A stretch of DNA of 64,000 bases from Antedon mediterranea (Eukaryota > Animalia > Echinodermata), in the NCBI RefSeq assembly GCF_964355755.1, contig NC_092672.1, positions 27,534,437 through 27,598,436 of the forward strand, in the 5' to 3' direction. Under the pieces are notes generated by a model, which worked only from the letters and a program-made list of their open reading frames with translations, had not been told where the DNA came from and did not search any database. Position numbers and translations under genes: made by a program. Position 1 is the first letter of the stretch. Each line of letters begins with the position of its first letter. Below are positions 61,373-64,000 of this stretch, one piece after another.

Positions 61373-62662
61373 TATATAATCAAAATTTGTTGCTTTTCAT
61401 AAAAAAAAATTGTATAATTCTATCCACACATAACTTTGTTAAGACATGAAAAACAGATGCACCCAAAATTTTTCACCAATTTATATATATTTGACACAAC
61501 AAATAATTTTGAAACTGTTATTTTTATATTGCCCTTTATATTGAATTAATTTTAATAAAAACATACTTATTATTATAAACATTTCATAATCGATTATTTT
61601 AAAATATTGATTTGGTATTGATAAAATTACATATACAACAGCTGTATATATTTTGTATATACTCTATTCATGTAGTTAGTTATGAATTATATTATATTAA
61701 ATAATTTATTCGTTAATTCTAATAAACATATATTTATGCTTAAAATATTGTAATCGATCGTTTTAAAATGTTATTAAATATAGTAAATAATTTATTTATT
61801 AATGATAATGTATTGTCCTCCAAACATGAAAAATTAAAGATTAACAAAATTAAATTTTAAATAGGCCATTTTGTAATTTTAATAAAGTTATTCACGACCA
61901 CACTTCACTATTCAATTTTGGGTAAAAGTTAAAAGTATATTAAAATAGCATATTTGATTATTTTTTTATTTTTTTTATTTCAAAACTCAGCAGCAAATGT
62001 AATTCAAGTTTTTTTATTTTATGTTTCTATTTAAGGACAATATTATTCTACTGCAGTTACTGCATTAACCTATTTATGCAATTATTTAGCAAGGTTATTT
62101 CGCTATTATCATACTCACTGTTTATTGCATAAAACTGAAATGAAAATAATTATTTCAGTAAAAATAATGTAGTTTGATGCAGTAGAATAAGTTTGAAATA
62201 ATCCATATTCCCATAATAAAATTACTATACTCCCAATAGTAAGGTTTAGAACATTTAACAGAGAAGTCAATGGATTGGTGTAAACAAATTGTGGACGGCA
62301 TTTTCTGTTAACGTGAGGTTTCTTGGGTGGGTTATTAAAATCAGACTACGAAGGCCTACAAATGTTTTAAGGTGGGTAGAAAACTTTAAAGGTGGGTGTA
62401 CCTGCATGATTTAAAATATAAACCATATATGTCCAAGTATATTGTATTGGCAAAAATTAGGGAGTGGAATTATACCATAGAGATATTATATATAGTGTTC
62501 ACTATAATATCTCTATGATTAAACACAGATAGAATTATCTCTATGATTAAACACAGATAGAATTGACCAAAGTCTTTTGTCCATATTCACTCTAGATTAC
62601 TTAGAGGGTAGAATTATGATTGAGTATGAGATATACGGTTGAGTGATGGCTGAAACGGAATT

Positions 62663-63662
62663 CTAATCCATCTTGAAGTTGATCAGTTTGCCAGATTTGA
62701 GAGATTCTTCGCATGACTCGGCCAGACGAGTTACCAATAAACATTGTTCTTCAGTGACGTCTAAGGAAGCCTCAAATCCTGTAAAATAAAAACAATTAAA
62801 ATCAATGACATAAATGCTTTGTTTAACCCCCGGCCAAATATACTTTAATACCCTTTCACATCTGCATAAATTGTTACTTGTATAACAACTTGTAAACCAG
62901 GTTTGATCTCTCGATTTATTACACATTTCATACAAACAAAGGCGAAACCCTGAGAAATCTCGGATGGAAAGCGTAGTTGTGATTAGTACTGTATAAGCAG
63001 TTTAATACCACCAGGGCAATACATGAGCGTGCAGTAAGAACTCGGAACAAAAACAGCCCTTTAAATCAGTATGTTTTTCTCAAGAATTCACAGAGATCTC
63101 CTGTGAAATCTCTGGAGATTTCTTACAAAATTGTATTCACACATATGCAAACCCGTTATTAGAGCCCATTCGTAATTTAAAGTGTGGAAAACCTCTAGTA
63201 CTTTACAATTTACACATGTTAACAAACACACACACGCACCCAAACACATGTGTAAAAAAACCAAACTCACGAGGTGGATTTTTCAATTAAACCTTAACCA
63301 CAAGCTGATGTTTGCTCCCGACTGCGTAAAATCAAACCTACAGTAATTTGATTTCCCGTATTTGCAGCACAGTTGGGTTGTCGGTTCCTATGCAATACAA
63401 AACTTTGGGTTGAGAGGTCGCTGCATTTTGTCGCGTTGCATTCTAGTGTGAACCACGCTTTACAGAATCTTTTTGTAAATTGTTTTTTTACTGTACCTTG
63501 TAATACATTTAAAAAGTGTTCAAATTCGAGAATGTATGAATCCTTATAACGAGTTGGAAAGGAACGTTGAATCGCACCATTGCACAGTCCACGTTCATTA
63601 TTGATGCTTACGGACGTCGGATACTGATTCACAGTTTGCAGCATGCCTTTAGAGCCGAATAC
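62663..63662 (-). CDS. 3' two exons of a Gfo/Idh/MocA oxidoreductase (myo-inositol 2-dehydrogenase-like); the gene starts beyond the window's right end
   Basis: Exons 63497-63662 (VFGSKGMLQTVN...SFPTRYKDSYILEFEHFLNVLQG) and 62663-62778 (...LLVTRLAESCEESLKSGKLINFKMD*), GT-AG and in phase. The VFGSKG..F..RY..SY..E..HF and A.AC..S...G pattern fits the C-terminal domain of this family. Confidence 0.75.
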
Positions 63663-64000
63663 CTGAGAAAAACATGACATAGTGTTTAAAATGCAAGTAT
63701 AGACTGTCACAAACTCCCTTTACGTATGTTTCCGAGCGGATGAAAATACCTTAGGAACTCCTTTGTGACATAAAAGTATACACACAAAATCCACAAAGTT
63801 GTAAAATAACTAAAAACAAAGCTTTAATTTCATTCAACTTCAACTTTCAACAATCCAGTAAGCACTTTCAACAATAGCTTCACAATAACTTTTACAATCG
63901 AATATCCAACCTCTAATATCCAACAACCTTCTTCAAAATAAATGCTTCAATCAAAAATCCTTCTCCCTTCTTACAACTGTCATACTTCCTCTTATATACA

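Overview
AT-rich, intron-rich animal genomic DNA (invertebrate-like; organism not determinable from sequence). Three host genes. (1) The 5' half of an axonemal outer-arm dynein heavy chain (DNAH5/8-like) on the minus strand: 42 phase-consistent coding exons, 45804->12888, about 2336 aa, running out into an exon-free stretch of at least 12.8 kb. (2) A complete, divergently transcribed SLC6 Na+/Cl- (glycine-transporter-like) symporter on the plus strand: 14 coding exons, 47836-58807, about 718 aa. (3) The last two exons of a Gfo/Idh/MocA (myo-inositol dehydrogenase-like) gene on the minus strand. The non-coding part is dense in transposons whose ends and TSDs can be resolved by eye. Positions 324-11660 are a 4-level nest: a Helitron hosts a 9.7-kb TIR transposon (decayed, intron-containing Sola2-like transposase lacking its catalytic core), which hosts several MITEs. 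The Helitron is fused head-to-tail (CTAG|TC) to a second copy. Other points of interest: 20-bp perfect palindromes flanked by 7-bp TSDs (candidate P-family excision footprints or micro-MITEs), two Mutator-like MITEs sharing a triplicated 9-bp TSD, a Gmr1-type gypsy deletion derivative with a tRNA-Leu PBS, a hAT element with a 5-bp TSD, 5S- and tRNA-derived SINEs, decayed exon duplicates, and a 98-bp tandem array with AATAAA in each unit at the SLC6 3' end. All coordinates were read manually and may be off by a few bases; family names come from recalled motifs, not database searches.
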